Origin: Bacteroidales bacterium
Lineage (GTDB): Bacteria > Bacteroidota > Bacteroidia > Bacteroidales > UBA7960
Assembly: GCA_003567205.1 (NCBI GenBank)
Contig: PXAA01000123.1
Location: forward strand, 9,242-73,241
DNA: 64,000 bases
Direction: 5' to 3'
A program made the translations under genes and the position numbers. A model generated the notes under the pieces. The model was not told where the DNA came from, made no database searches, and worked only from the letters and a program-made list of their open reading frames with translations. Shown piece after piece: positions 50,980-60,400 of the stretch; position 1 is the first letter of the stretch; each line of letters starts with the position of its first letter.

Positions 50980-53900
50980 CTTTTATATTTTTTGAGTCTG
51001 AAGATATATAAGAATAAACGGCAGGTACCACAAAAAGGGTCAGAAAGGTCGAAAGAATTAATCCGCCAGTTACAGCTATACCCATGGCCATACGGCCCTC
51101 AGCACCATCGCCGAACCCCAATGTCAGCGGCATTACACCCAATATGGTCGACAAACTGGTCATCAGGATTGGCCTGAAACGCGCAGCAGCGGCATATTTG
51201 ATGGCTTCCATTTTCACCATGCCGGCTTGTTTGCGCTGATTGGCAAATTCCACCATCAGGATGCCGTTCTTTGACACCAGCCCGATCAGCATAATGATGC
51301 CGATCTGACTGAATATGTTCATGGTGATGCCGAAATACCACATAAAAACCAGGGCACCGGTCATGGCAAGCGGTACGGTCATCATCACAATAAACGGGTC
51401 TTTAAAACTTTCAAATTGTGCCGACAATACCAAAAAGATGAGGATAATGGCCAGAACAAAGGCAAACACCAGGCTGGAAGAACTTTCCTGGTAGTCCTTA
51501 GAGTCGCCGGCCAGTGCCGTCCTGAAGGTCTCGTCCAGCACTTCATCGGCGATCTTATCCATTTCGGTAATGCCCTCGCTGATGGTTCTGCCGGGGGCCA
51601 GGTTGGCCGAAACCGTCGCCGACACAAAACGGTTGTAACGATAGAGTTGGGGCGGCGCAGTGTGTTCCCGCAAGGTCACCAGGTTGTCTAACTGGATCAT
51701 ATCGCCGCTATTGCTGCGAACATACAGTGATTTTAAATCGAGCGGGGTGTTCCTGTCTTCGCGGCGCAGTTCTCCAAGTACCTGGTATTGCTTACCGTGC
51801 ATAAAGAAATACCCGAAACGTTGACCGCTCAGGGCCAGCTGCAGGGTTTGCCCGATGTTTTGTGTCGAAACGCCCATGGCATTGGCCTTGTCGCGGTCAA
51901 TATGAATCTGCATCTCCGGAAGATTGAAGCGCAGGTTTACATCGGCCATCTGCAAAATGGGATTGTCATTGACTTTTTCCATAAACTCGGGCAGCACATC
52001 CCTCAGCCGGTCAATGCTCTGGGCCTGCAACACATATTGTATCGGCCGGCCCGACCGGCGGCCACCAAAAGTAGATTGCTGGTTCACAAAAGCGATGGCC
52101 CGTGTCTTGTCGCGCAGCACAACGGAAAGCCGGTTGGCGACATCCTGTTGGCTTGCCTCTCTTTGATTGGGCCTTTTGAGCATAACACGCACATTTGACC
52201 AGCCGCCAAATACCATGGAAGTGATAGACTCCCTTTCAGGCACCAGCTCCTCAGCCAAATCGGCAATATCATCAATATAATCGCGCATGAACTCATAGGT
52301 AGTCCCTTCAGGCGCCCGGGCATTGATGGTCAGCATCGACCGGTCTTCCAGTGGTGCCATTTCACCCGGGATATTGCTGTACAGCAACACGACCATCCCG
52401 GCTGCTGCAAACAAAATGACAATAGCCAGCCAGCGACGGGCTAAAAAACGATCCAGGGCATTGGTATACAATTGGTTCAACCTTTTGAAAAATCCTTCTG
52501 TCCGGGTATAAAACCGTCCTTTTTTGGTGCGTTGCTTGAGTATCTTGGTGGAAATCATGGGGGTAAAACTCAGGGCAACAAAGGAAGAGATCAGCACGGC
52601 ACCCGCAATCACAATGCTGAACTCCCTGAACAACCGGCCTGTCATTCCCTCCAGGAAAACGATGGGAAAGAAGACCGCCACCAGGGTGATGGTTGTGGCA
52701 ATAATGGCAAAGAATATTTCTTTGGAACCAGCCAGACCCGCCTCAATGGGGGTCATGCCCTTTTCCACTTTAACGTAAATGTTCTCCATCATTACAATGG
52801 CATCATCCACCACCAGCCCAATGGCCAGTACGATGGCCAGCAGGGTGAGTACATTAACGCTAAATCCGGCCACATACATAATAAAAAATGAACCGATCAG
52901 TGAAACGGGTATGACCAGCACCGGGATGATGGTAGTGCGCCAGTCGCGCAAAAACAAAAAGATAATGATCACCACCAGAATAAAGGCAATAAAAATGGTG
53001 TTGCTTACCTCCCGTATAGATGAACGGATAAAATCCGTATTGTCAAATCCAATATTGATGGCGACATCATCGGGTATATCCCTTTTGATATGTTCCAGGC
53101 GGCGATAAACCTCATCGGCAATATCAATATGGTTGGAGCCTGGCTGCGGAACGATGGCATTGCCCACCAGGGGAACCCCATCGCGACGGACAATTCCACG
53201 CAGATCTTCAGGTCCGAGTTCGGCACGCCCGATGTCCCTGAAGCGGACCACACGGCCGTTATCTTCACTGATAATCATATTGTTGAATTCATCCGGGGTG
53301 GACATCAGCCCAAGGGTCCGTATGGTAAGTTGCACGGTATTTCCTTCAATGCTTCCTGACGGGAACTCTACATTTTCTCTCAACAGGGCATTTCTTACAT
53401 CCAGCGGGGTGAGTCCGTAGCCGGCCATCTTGGCAGGATCGAGCCACAAACGCATGGCATAGCGCTTTTGGCCCCAAATGTGGATTCCGCTGACACCCGG
53501 GATGGTCTGCAATTGTTCACGTAGGGTAAGTTCAGCAATTTCAGACAGTTCCAGCAGGTTCCGGGTTTCGCTCTCCACGGTTACAAACATGATGGGACTG
53601 GCATCGGCATCGGCTTTGGAAACGATGGGCGGATCTACATCCCTGGGCAGCCTGCGCTGCGCCTGGGCTACCTTGTCACGCACGTCATTGGCAGCGGTTT
53701 CCATATCCACGCTTAATTCAAACTCAACAGTGATATTGCTGCTTCCCTGGCGGCTCACACTGGTAATGGTCCGGATCCCGGGCACGGCGTTGATGGCTTG
53801 CTCAAGGGGTTCTGTAATTTGTGTCTCAATTACATCTGAATTGGCCCCGGGATATGATGTGCGAACCGATATAATCGGCGGATCCACGCTGGGAAACTCC

Positions 53901-54004
53901 CGCACGCCGAGATAAGTCATCCCGATAAATCCGAACAACAGGATGACAATGGTAAATACGGAGGCCAATACAGGCCTTTGAATGCTTAATGATGAAAGAC
54001 TCAT
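50954..54004 (-). CDS. RND efflux transporter permease (AcrB/HAE1 type)
   Basis: 1016 aa with a 12-TM architecture and VVDDAIVMMENI in TM4. Confidence 0.9.
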   Translation of the reverse strand: MSLSSLSIQRPVLASVFTIVILLFGFIGMTYLGVREFPSVDPPIISVRTSYPGANSDVIETQITEPLEQAINAVPGIRTITSVSRQGSSNITVEFELSVDMETAANDVRDKVAQAQRRLPRDVDPPIVSKADADASPIMFVTVESETRNLLELSEIAELTLREQLQTIPGVSGIHIWGQKRYAMRLWLDPAKMAGYGLTPLDVRNALLRENVEFPSGSIEGNTVQLTIRTLGLMSTPDEFNNMIISEDNGRVVRFRDIGRAELGPEDLRGIVRRDGVPLVGNAIVPQPGSNHIDIADEVYRRLEHIKRDIPDDVAINIGFDNTDFIRSSIREVSNTIFIAFILVVIIIFLFLRDWRTTIIPVLVIPVSLIGSFFIMYVAGFSVNVLTLLAIVLAIGLVVDDAIVMMENIYVKVEKGMTPIEAGLAGSKEIFFAIIATTITLVAVFFPIVFLEGMTGRLFREFSIVIAGAVLISSFVALSFTPMISTKILKQRTKKGRFYTRTEGFFKRLNQLYTNALDRFLARRWLAIVILFAAAGMVVLLYSNIPGEMAPLEDRSMLTINARAPEGTTYEFMRDYIDDIADLAEELVPERESITSMVFGGWSNVRVMLKRPNQREASQQDVANRLSVVLRDKTRAIAFVNQQSTFGGRRSGRPIQYVLQAQSIDRLRDVLPEFMEKVNDNPILQMADVNLRFNLPEMQIHIDRDKANAMGVSTQNIGQTLQLALSGQRFGYFFMHGKQYQVLGELRREDRNTPLDLKSLYVRSNSGDMIQLDNLVTLREHTAPPQLYRYNRFVSATVSANLAPGRTISEGITEMDKIADEVLDETFRTALAGDSKDYQESSSSLVFAFVLAIILIFLVLSAQFESFKDPFIVMMTVPLAMTGALVFMWYFGITMNIFSQIGIIMLIGLVSKNGILMVEFANQRKQAGMVKMEAIKYAAAARFRPILMTSLSTILGVMPLTLGFGDGAEGRMAMGIAVTGGLILSTFLTLFVVPAVYSYISSDSKNIKDEFQAVDS

Positions 54005-54014
54005 TGTTTGTCGA

Positions 54015-55088
54015 TTATAAATTATCCAAAACTACCGGAAGCCCATGGCGGAGCTGCAAAACACCGGTGGTAAGCAAAGTGTCGCCGAATACCAGCCCGT
54101 CGAGTATCTGAACCCTGTCTTCTGTCCGGATCCCGGTCCTGACATAAACGGCCTGTGCCTGCCCTGACCTGTAAACAAACACCCTGTCGCCCTCCATTTC
54201 CGGGATCAGGGCTTCCGATGGAATAGCAATGGCATCGAGTGTTTCAGAAAGCTGCATGGCGATGGACGCAAAACGGCCGGGTTTCATCTCTTCGTCCACA
54301 TTATCGTATAGTGCACGTACACGGATTGTACGTGTCCTGTCGTCTACCACAGGATTTACTGCATAAACTTCTGCCCGCATTGGCTCCAGAACGCCATCAA
54401 CACGAAAATTAATGGGGAAACCAGGCATAATCTCGCCGGCATAACGCTCGGGCACGGTAAATTCCAGCTTCAGCGGACTGACTTTGATCAGCCGTGCCAG
54501 TTGTGTACTGGGCGAAGCATAGCTGCCTTCACTCAGGTAACGTAACCCGACAATACCATCAAAGGGTGCACGGATTTCTGTTTCAGCAATACGGGCCTCA
54601 AGCAGTTCAATATCTGCATCCAGGGTCTCCAGTTCGGTAACAGCCTGGTCGTAGGCTTCCTGGCTGATGGCATCCCTTTCCAGAAGGCTCCGCTGGCGAA
54701 ATTCCCTTTCAACAAGCAGGCGTCGCTGGGCCTGCAGCTTTTGCAACTGGGCCTGGAGGTGCCTGTCGTTCATTTTGGCAAGCAAATCACCCTCCTGCAC
54801 ATGCGAGCCTTCCTGAAAATAGAGTCCAACCACCTTTCCGCTGGTCTCAAAAGCCAGGTCAACCTCCTCATCCGGGAGCAACGTTCCGGTGCTTCTCACC
54901 TGGTCCCGTATTGGAGTTGGCGACAATATGTAGCCACTAACACTTAAGGGACGACGTTGCTGGGGCTGAAAGGCTGTTTCTTCATCTGTTCCGCCAGGGA
55001 ACAATGGCCTGACCTTCGGATAGGCAATGATCCCGACAAGCAGGGTCAAAATGGCCAGGTTTACAAAAAATCGGATGTTTTTATTCAT
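54015..55088 (-). CDS. RND efflux periplasmic adaptor (membrane fusion protein)
   Basis: Shows an N-terminal anchor, a coiled-coil hairpin (LQAQLQKLQAQRRLL) and barrel domains. Confidence 0.85.
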   Translation of the reverse strand: MNKNIRFFVNLAILTLLVGIIAYPKVRPLFPGGTDEETAFQPQQRRPLSVSGYILSPTPIRDQVRSTGTLLPDEEVDLAFETSGKVVGLYFQEGSHVQEGDLLAKMNDRHLQAQLQKLQAQRRLLVEREFRQRSLLERDAISQEAYDQAVTELETLDADIELLEARIAETEIRAPFDGIVGLRYLSEGSYASPSTQLARLIKVSPLKLEFTVPERYAGEIMPGFPINFRVDGVLEPMRAEVYAVNPVVDDRTRTIRVRALYDNVDEEMKPGRFASIAMQLSETLDAIAIPSEALIPEMEGDRVFVYRSGQAQAVYVRTGIRTEDRVQILDGLVFGDTLLTTGVLQLRHGLPVVLDNL

Positions 55089-55258
55089 TGAAAATGATCT
55101 GTATATAAAACAACATTAGCATTTGACTAACTTAATCATAATAGGTTTTAATACCAGGGAATATTTTCCAGATTATTTATTATCTAAACAGTTGAACCGA
55201 TAAAATGTTTCAGTGGGTCAGACATCCCCCAATTTGTTTATATGTAGATCATTTTGTT

Positions 55259-55270
55259 AATTTGCAAATT
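55259..55270. promoter_or_regulatory. Perfect 12-bp palindrome AATTTGCAAATT upstream of the lipid gene set
   Basis: Self-complementary as read, 49 nt before the GTG start at 55319. Confidence 0.3.
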
Positions 55271-55318
55271 GTCACTCCCGCAAAAGTAGTGGGTTTTGAC
55301 TGAATTATCCGCTACAAA

Positions 55319-55894
55319 GTGCAGTTTAGAAAAAGAATTAACATACCTAATTTATTGTCCTTTTACCGGCTACTGTCTTTCCCGGTAATTCTGTTCCTGG
55401 CTTTGGCCGGCTTCCAGCAGGCCTTTGCCGTAATGATCATCATCAACCTGATTACGGATGTGCTGGACGGACTTCTTGCCAGGATGCTGAAGCAACAAAC
55501 CGAATTTGGGGCCCGGATCGATACCATTGCCGATATAGGTACCTATATTCTGGTTTTCCTGGGAATCTGGTTATTTAAAAGAGCGGATTTTGCCCCGCAT
55601 GTAGTGAGCTTCTCTGTTTTTATCGGGTTGCTGGTTGTCGCCCTCGGCCTTTCACTTATTAAGTTTGGCAGGTTTCCCAGCCTTCACCTCTATTCCTGGA
55701 AAATCGGGGGTTACATTCAGGGAACATTCTTTTTTACGCTCTTTGCCTTTGGTTTTATTACCCCGTTTTACTATATCATGGTATACTGGGGGATTTTCGC
55801 TTTTCTGGAACACATCATTATCCAGCTTATTATTCCGGAGATGAGGAGTAATGTGAAGGGACTGTATTGGGTGGCTAGGGGAAGAAGTAGTTAG
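55319..55894 (+). CDS. CDP-alcohol phosphatidyltransferase family protein
   Basis: Carries the full motif D(x)2DG(x)2AR(x)8G(x)3D(x)3D in TDVLDGLLARMLKQQTEFGARIDTIAD. It has about six TM segments and a GTG start. Confidence 0.8.
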   Translation: MQFRKRINIPNLLSFYRLLSFPVILFLALAGFQQAFAVMIIINLITDVLDGLLARMLKQQTEFGARIDTIADIGTYILVFLGIWLFKRADFAPHVVSFSVFIGLLVVALGLSLIKFGRFPSLHLYSWKIGGYIQGTFFFTLFAFGFITPFYYIMVYWGIFAFLEHIIIQLIIPEMRSNVKGLYWVARGRSS

Positions 55895-55939
55895 TAGTTA
55901 GTAATTAGTAATTAGTATTTAGTATTTGGTAATTAGTGG
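55884..55939 (+). repeat. Eight tandem 7-nt units of TTAGTAR type
   Basis: Units are GAAGTAG TTAGTAG TTAGTAA TTAGTAA TTAGTAT TTAGTAT TTGGTAA TTAGTGG. The stop codon of the upstream gene (55892-55894) lies in unit 2. The sense strand of the array contains no C. Confidence 0.85.
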
Positions 55940-55989
55940 GGAGAATTGTGGGTTTAGTATAAAATTTGTTTATAAATGAATTTTTGCTG

Positions 55990-56739
55990 ATGGAGGGGGT
56001 ATTGTATCAGGTCATATTGGGTTATTTCGTTCTGGGGGCGATTGCGTTTGCTTTTATAGGCCGGGGAAAAAGCAGGGAGCAAAAAAAGGAGATCTGGCTG
56101 AAATACGGCACCTATGTGATCATTATCCACGCCCTGTTTGGCAGCATTTATTTCGGGCCACATTATTTCTCTTACCTGGCCTTCCTGTTTGTGGCCGTGG
56201 GTTACACAGAGCTGATAAAAGTATGGTGGGCCGGAAGGGCACATCGCAAGATCAAGGGGTCGCATCCCAAACCGTATTTCTTTTTCCTGTCTGTTGTATG
56301 CTATACCATCCTGGCGCTTCCGTTCCTGTTGTTCAGTTTTTCAGACCGGGGGGCCTTGTATTTTGTTTTTGCTGTGGTAACCGTCTTTGACGCATTCAGT
56401 CAAATAAGCGGCCAGCTGCTGGGCGGAAAAAAACTGATCCCGTCTGTCAGTCCGCGCAAAACAATAGCCGGTTCGGCTGGCGGCGCATTTTTTGCACTGG
56501 TCACAGCGATATTCTTAGTGGGCTTCATTAATACTGGCAGGGGATCTGCCTTGCTTTTTAGCGCAATCATCGTTATCTTTGCATTGTTGGGGGATCTTCT
56601 GGCATCCTATTATAAAAGACAATATGATGTAAAGGATTTCGGCAGCTTGCTGCCCGGGCATGGCGGGTTCCTCGACAGGTTTGACAGTCTGATAGCCGGT
56701 GGTGCCGTCATGTATTTTTTAAACAGCCTGATGTCATGA
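55990..56739 (+). CDS. Phosphatidate cytidylyltransferase (CdsA/CTP_transf_1) family protein
   Basis: Shows the signature SPRKTIAGSAGG ... YYKRQYDVKDFGSLLPGHGGFLDRFDS. I prefer ATG 55990; the ORF track uses TTG 55966. Confidence 0.75.
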   Translation: MEGVLYQVILGYFVLGAIAFAFIGRGKSREQKKEIWLKYGTYVIIIHALFGSIYFGPHYFSYLAFLFVAVGYTELIKVWWAGRAHRKIKGSHPKPYFFFLSVVCYTILALPFLLFSFSDRGALYFVFAVVTVFDAFSQISGQLLGGKKLIPSVSPRKTIAGSAGGAFFALVTAIFLVGFINTGRGSALLFSAIIVIFALLGDLLASYYKRQYDVKDFGSLLPGHGGFLDRFDSLIAGGAVMYFLNSLMS

Positions 56740-57407
56740 GCCAGGAACTCTTCTTTACCATTCTGTATATCATTGCCTTTGTTGCTATACTGGCCACCGG
56801 CGAAATCCTGTATTCCATCCTGAAAGTTAAAACAGAGTATACCAGGAAATTTGCACACGGCACCGCTTCACTGCTCTCGCTTACCTTTCCACTGATCTAT
56901 AATTCCTATGAATACGTCCTGGTAATGGGCATTGTATTCTTCTTCTTGCTGCTTATTGCCAAATGGCGCAATTTGTTACGGTCAATTGACGATGTTTCCA
57001 GAAAAACCTATGGCGGCATATTGCTGCCTGTGGCTATTGCCGGCTCCTTTATTGTGTCCGTATGGCTTGACGACACCAAATTATTCATAATCCCTATCCT
57101 TCTGCTGGGTGTGAGCGATTCTCTGGCAGGGATCACGGGAGTATATTTTGGCGAAAAACTACGCAAGGTCATGATATATAAGCTGCAGCTTAATAAAACC
57201 TACCTGGGCAGTACCGTCTTCTTTTTTACATCACTGGCCATTTCTTTATGTACACTGTATTATTTTATGGGCAATTACAGCACACAGACCATCATGATGG
57301 CCATATCGGTGGCTGCCGGGGCTGCCCTTGTGGAAGTTTTCAGTTCAAAAGGTCTCGATAACTTTACCGTCCCCCTCACTGCCCTGATTATTTTATTGAT
57401 GTTTTAA
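56736..57407 (+). CDS. COG0170-type polyprenol/phytol/dolichol kinase-family membrane protein
   Basis: 223 aa with about seven TM segments. It reads SRKTYGGILLPVAIA and LLGVSDSLAGITGVYFGEK. An ATGA overlap links it to the upstream gene. Confidence 0.55.
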   Translation: MSQELFFTILYIIAFVAILATGEILYSILKVKTEYTRKFAHGTASLLSLTFPLIYNSYEYVLVMGIVFFFLLLIAKWRNLLRSIDDVSRKTYGGILLPVAIAGSFIVSVWLDDTKLFIIPILLLGVSDSLAGITGVYFGEKLRKVMIYKLQLNKTYLGSTVFFFTSLAISLCTLYYFMGNYSTQTIMMAISVAAGAALVEVFSSKGLDNFTVPLTALIILLMF

Positions 57408-57424
57408 CCAAGGATGCGTTAGAT

Positions 57425-60400
57425 ATGCACGTTTACAGTGGTCTTCGCAAAAAGTACCTGCTTCCGGATAACTTGTTCGCACCCGACGGAAAATTGTCAA
57501 TCACCGGTTTTCCCGCCCTGCGCCGTTTGGTTTTTATACTCAACAGCCATAAACAAGACGGTGAACCATTGTATCCCGGCGAACTAAGGGCCTCTTCGTT
57601 GCTCCTGGAAATTTCACAATTCCTGCTTGGCGTCTATGCAAAACAGATTAAAAGAAATGTTTTCTCAGAAGCAAGCGCTAAACTGGAAGAACAAATGGGG
57701 CGCAATGTCCTTTTTTCCCTGGCAGAAGATATTACAAAGCGTTTTCCTCCAGCGGATGTCTTTAATCAAAGCATAACAGCCGCACAATACCTGGCCAAAA
57801 AAACGGGCAACCGGCCGCATCTTCATCAGGCCATCGAAGAAGCCCTGATTTTGCACCTGGCCAACGAAAACCCCGTCAACAATAAACTGAAGATCCTTTT
57901 CGACAAAGCCTATTTGGATAATCCGGAGGATTTTGACGGACTGATTAACAAAATGGAAAGTTTCTTAAAGACAATGCCCCCTTTCGGGCCAGAGCATACA
58001 GACATCTGTTCCTTTTTAAAAACCCCTTTCAGGGTTTCGCCCAACAATATCGATGGCCAGGTGGATTATGTCCTTACGCAATGGAAACATATACTCCCCG
58101 AAGCATTGTTGCTGAAACTTATCCGGAGCAAAGACCTGATGAAGGAGGATTACAATATGACCGGCCATGGGGCCGGAGGGGCCCCGCCAAGCGTGGTTCC
58201 GGGATATGGGAAAAAGGGTCAACCGGGCGAAATGCGCCTCGGTAAATCAGGATTTGACGCTATAAAGGCTGCCGCCGAAGACTACGAAGAAGCCGAAGCC
58301 TTCACCCCCGACACCCATTGGATGCCGCGCGTGGTATTGATTGCCAAAAACACCTATGTATGGCTCGATCAGCTTTCGAAAAAATACCAGCGCGAAATAC
58401 GCAGGCTCGACCAGATTCCGGATGAGGAGCTGGACCGTTTGGCCGGATGGCATTTTAACGGACTCTGGCTTATCGGCATTTGGGAAAGAAGCACTGCCTC
58501 GCGCAAGATCAAACACCTGATGGGCAACCAGGATGCCATATCTTCGGCCTATGCACTCTATGATTATGAGATCGCCAGTGATCTGGGCGGTGAGCAAGCC
58601 TACCACACCCTGAATGAGAGGGCACGCATGCGGGGACTGAGGCTGGCCAGCGATATGGTACCCAACCATACGGGCATTTATTCCAGGTGGGTAATAGAAC
58701 GCCCGGATCATTTCATCCAATCGGGGCATCCACCTTTTCCGGGCTATTCTTTTACAGGTGAAAATCTGTCCGGTCATCCCCATATCGAAATCCGCATCGA
58801 AGACGGGTATTACAATAATACCGACGCCGCCGTGGTCTTTCAGCGTATAGACAGGCAACACGGTGATGTCCGTTACATCTATCACGGGAACGATGGCACC
58901 ATGATGCCATGGAACGATACCGCACAACTCGACATGATCAAGGCGGAAGTGCGTGAAGCAGTGATGCAGAAAATCTTCGATGTGGCACGTAAATTCTCTA
59001 TCATCCGTTTCGATGCCGCCATGACGCTGGCAAAAAAACATTTTTCCAGGTTGTGGTATCCCCGGCCAGGAAGCGGGGGCGATATCCCCTCACGGGCAGA
59101 CCATGCCATGTCAAAAGAAACCTTTGACAGGATGTTCCCGGTGGAGTTCTGGCGCGAAGTCGTCGACCGCATCAATACAGAATTGCCTGACACATTATTG
59201 CTGGCCGAAGCATTCTGGTTCATGGAGGGCTATTTTGTCCGAACGCTTGGCATGCACAGGGTATACAACTCTGCGTTTATGCACATGCTAAAGAATGAAG
59301 AAAATGAAAAATACAGAGATCTGATTACCAACACCCTGGAGTTTGAACCGGAAATCCTGAAGCGCTATGTAAACTTCATGAGTAACCCCGACGAGGAAAC
59401 GGCGATACAGCAATTTGGCACAGGGGACAAATATTTCGGCATTTGCGTGCTGATGAATACCCTGCCCGGGCTTCCCATGTTTGCTCACGGCCAGATCGAA
59501 GGCTTTACGGAAAAGTACGGTATGGAATACCAGCGGGCATATTACCACGAAAAACCCAATCAACACCTGGTGGAAAGGCACGAAAGGGAGATATTCCCCC
59601 TGATGGGGAAACGTTACCTGTTCAACGAAGTAAAGCACTTTAACTTTTATGATTACATCAGCCATGATGGCCGCATTAACGAAAATGTATTTGCCTACAG
59701 CAACCGCCATGACAATGAAAAAGCCCTTATCCTGTTCAACAATAAATATGAGATGGCCAGCGGGCATATCCGTGTGTCAGTCCCCAGGCTGGTAAGTGAA
59801 GGGAGTCAGAAAATAATAAACACTGCCGCATTGGCCGTCGCCCTTGGCATGCAAAATGCCGGCGATGTTTATTATCACGCCCGCGAGCATGTTTCCGGCA
59901 TGGAATATTTGTTCATGGGAGCAGATATCCACCGCGATGGTTTTCACTGGTCTTTACAGGGATTTGAATATCGTGTATTTTTGTCTTTCAGGGAGCTCCG
60001 CGATTCGGACGGAAGCCTGGGGGAACTGCACAGCCGGCTGCAAGGCCGGGGGACGGAGTCGCTGGAAAAAGCACTGGCACTGCAAAAACTGGGGGATGTC
60101 CACGCTGCTTTTGAACATATATTTGAACATGAATCCCTGCACACCTTTATTGAAAACACCATTCGCACCGGCAAACCCGGCACCCATGAAAAAAGCATTG
60201 ATTTGCTATGCAGCAGATTTCAAAGTTTTGCAGGTATTGCCTGCCGTAAACTGAACATCCCCGACAATTCCGCTCAATTAAACAAAGCGTTCCGGCAGCA
60301 CCTGGAAACCATTCCTGAAGGTATGCATTTTCTATCCATTCCTGGTCACTGGACAAAACCCAGGCCGGCCGACAGTACATTTCTTTTACCAGAATACATG

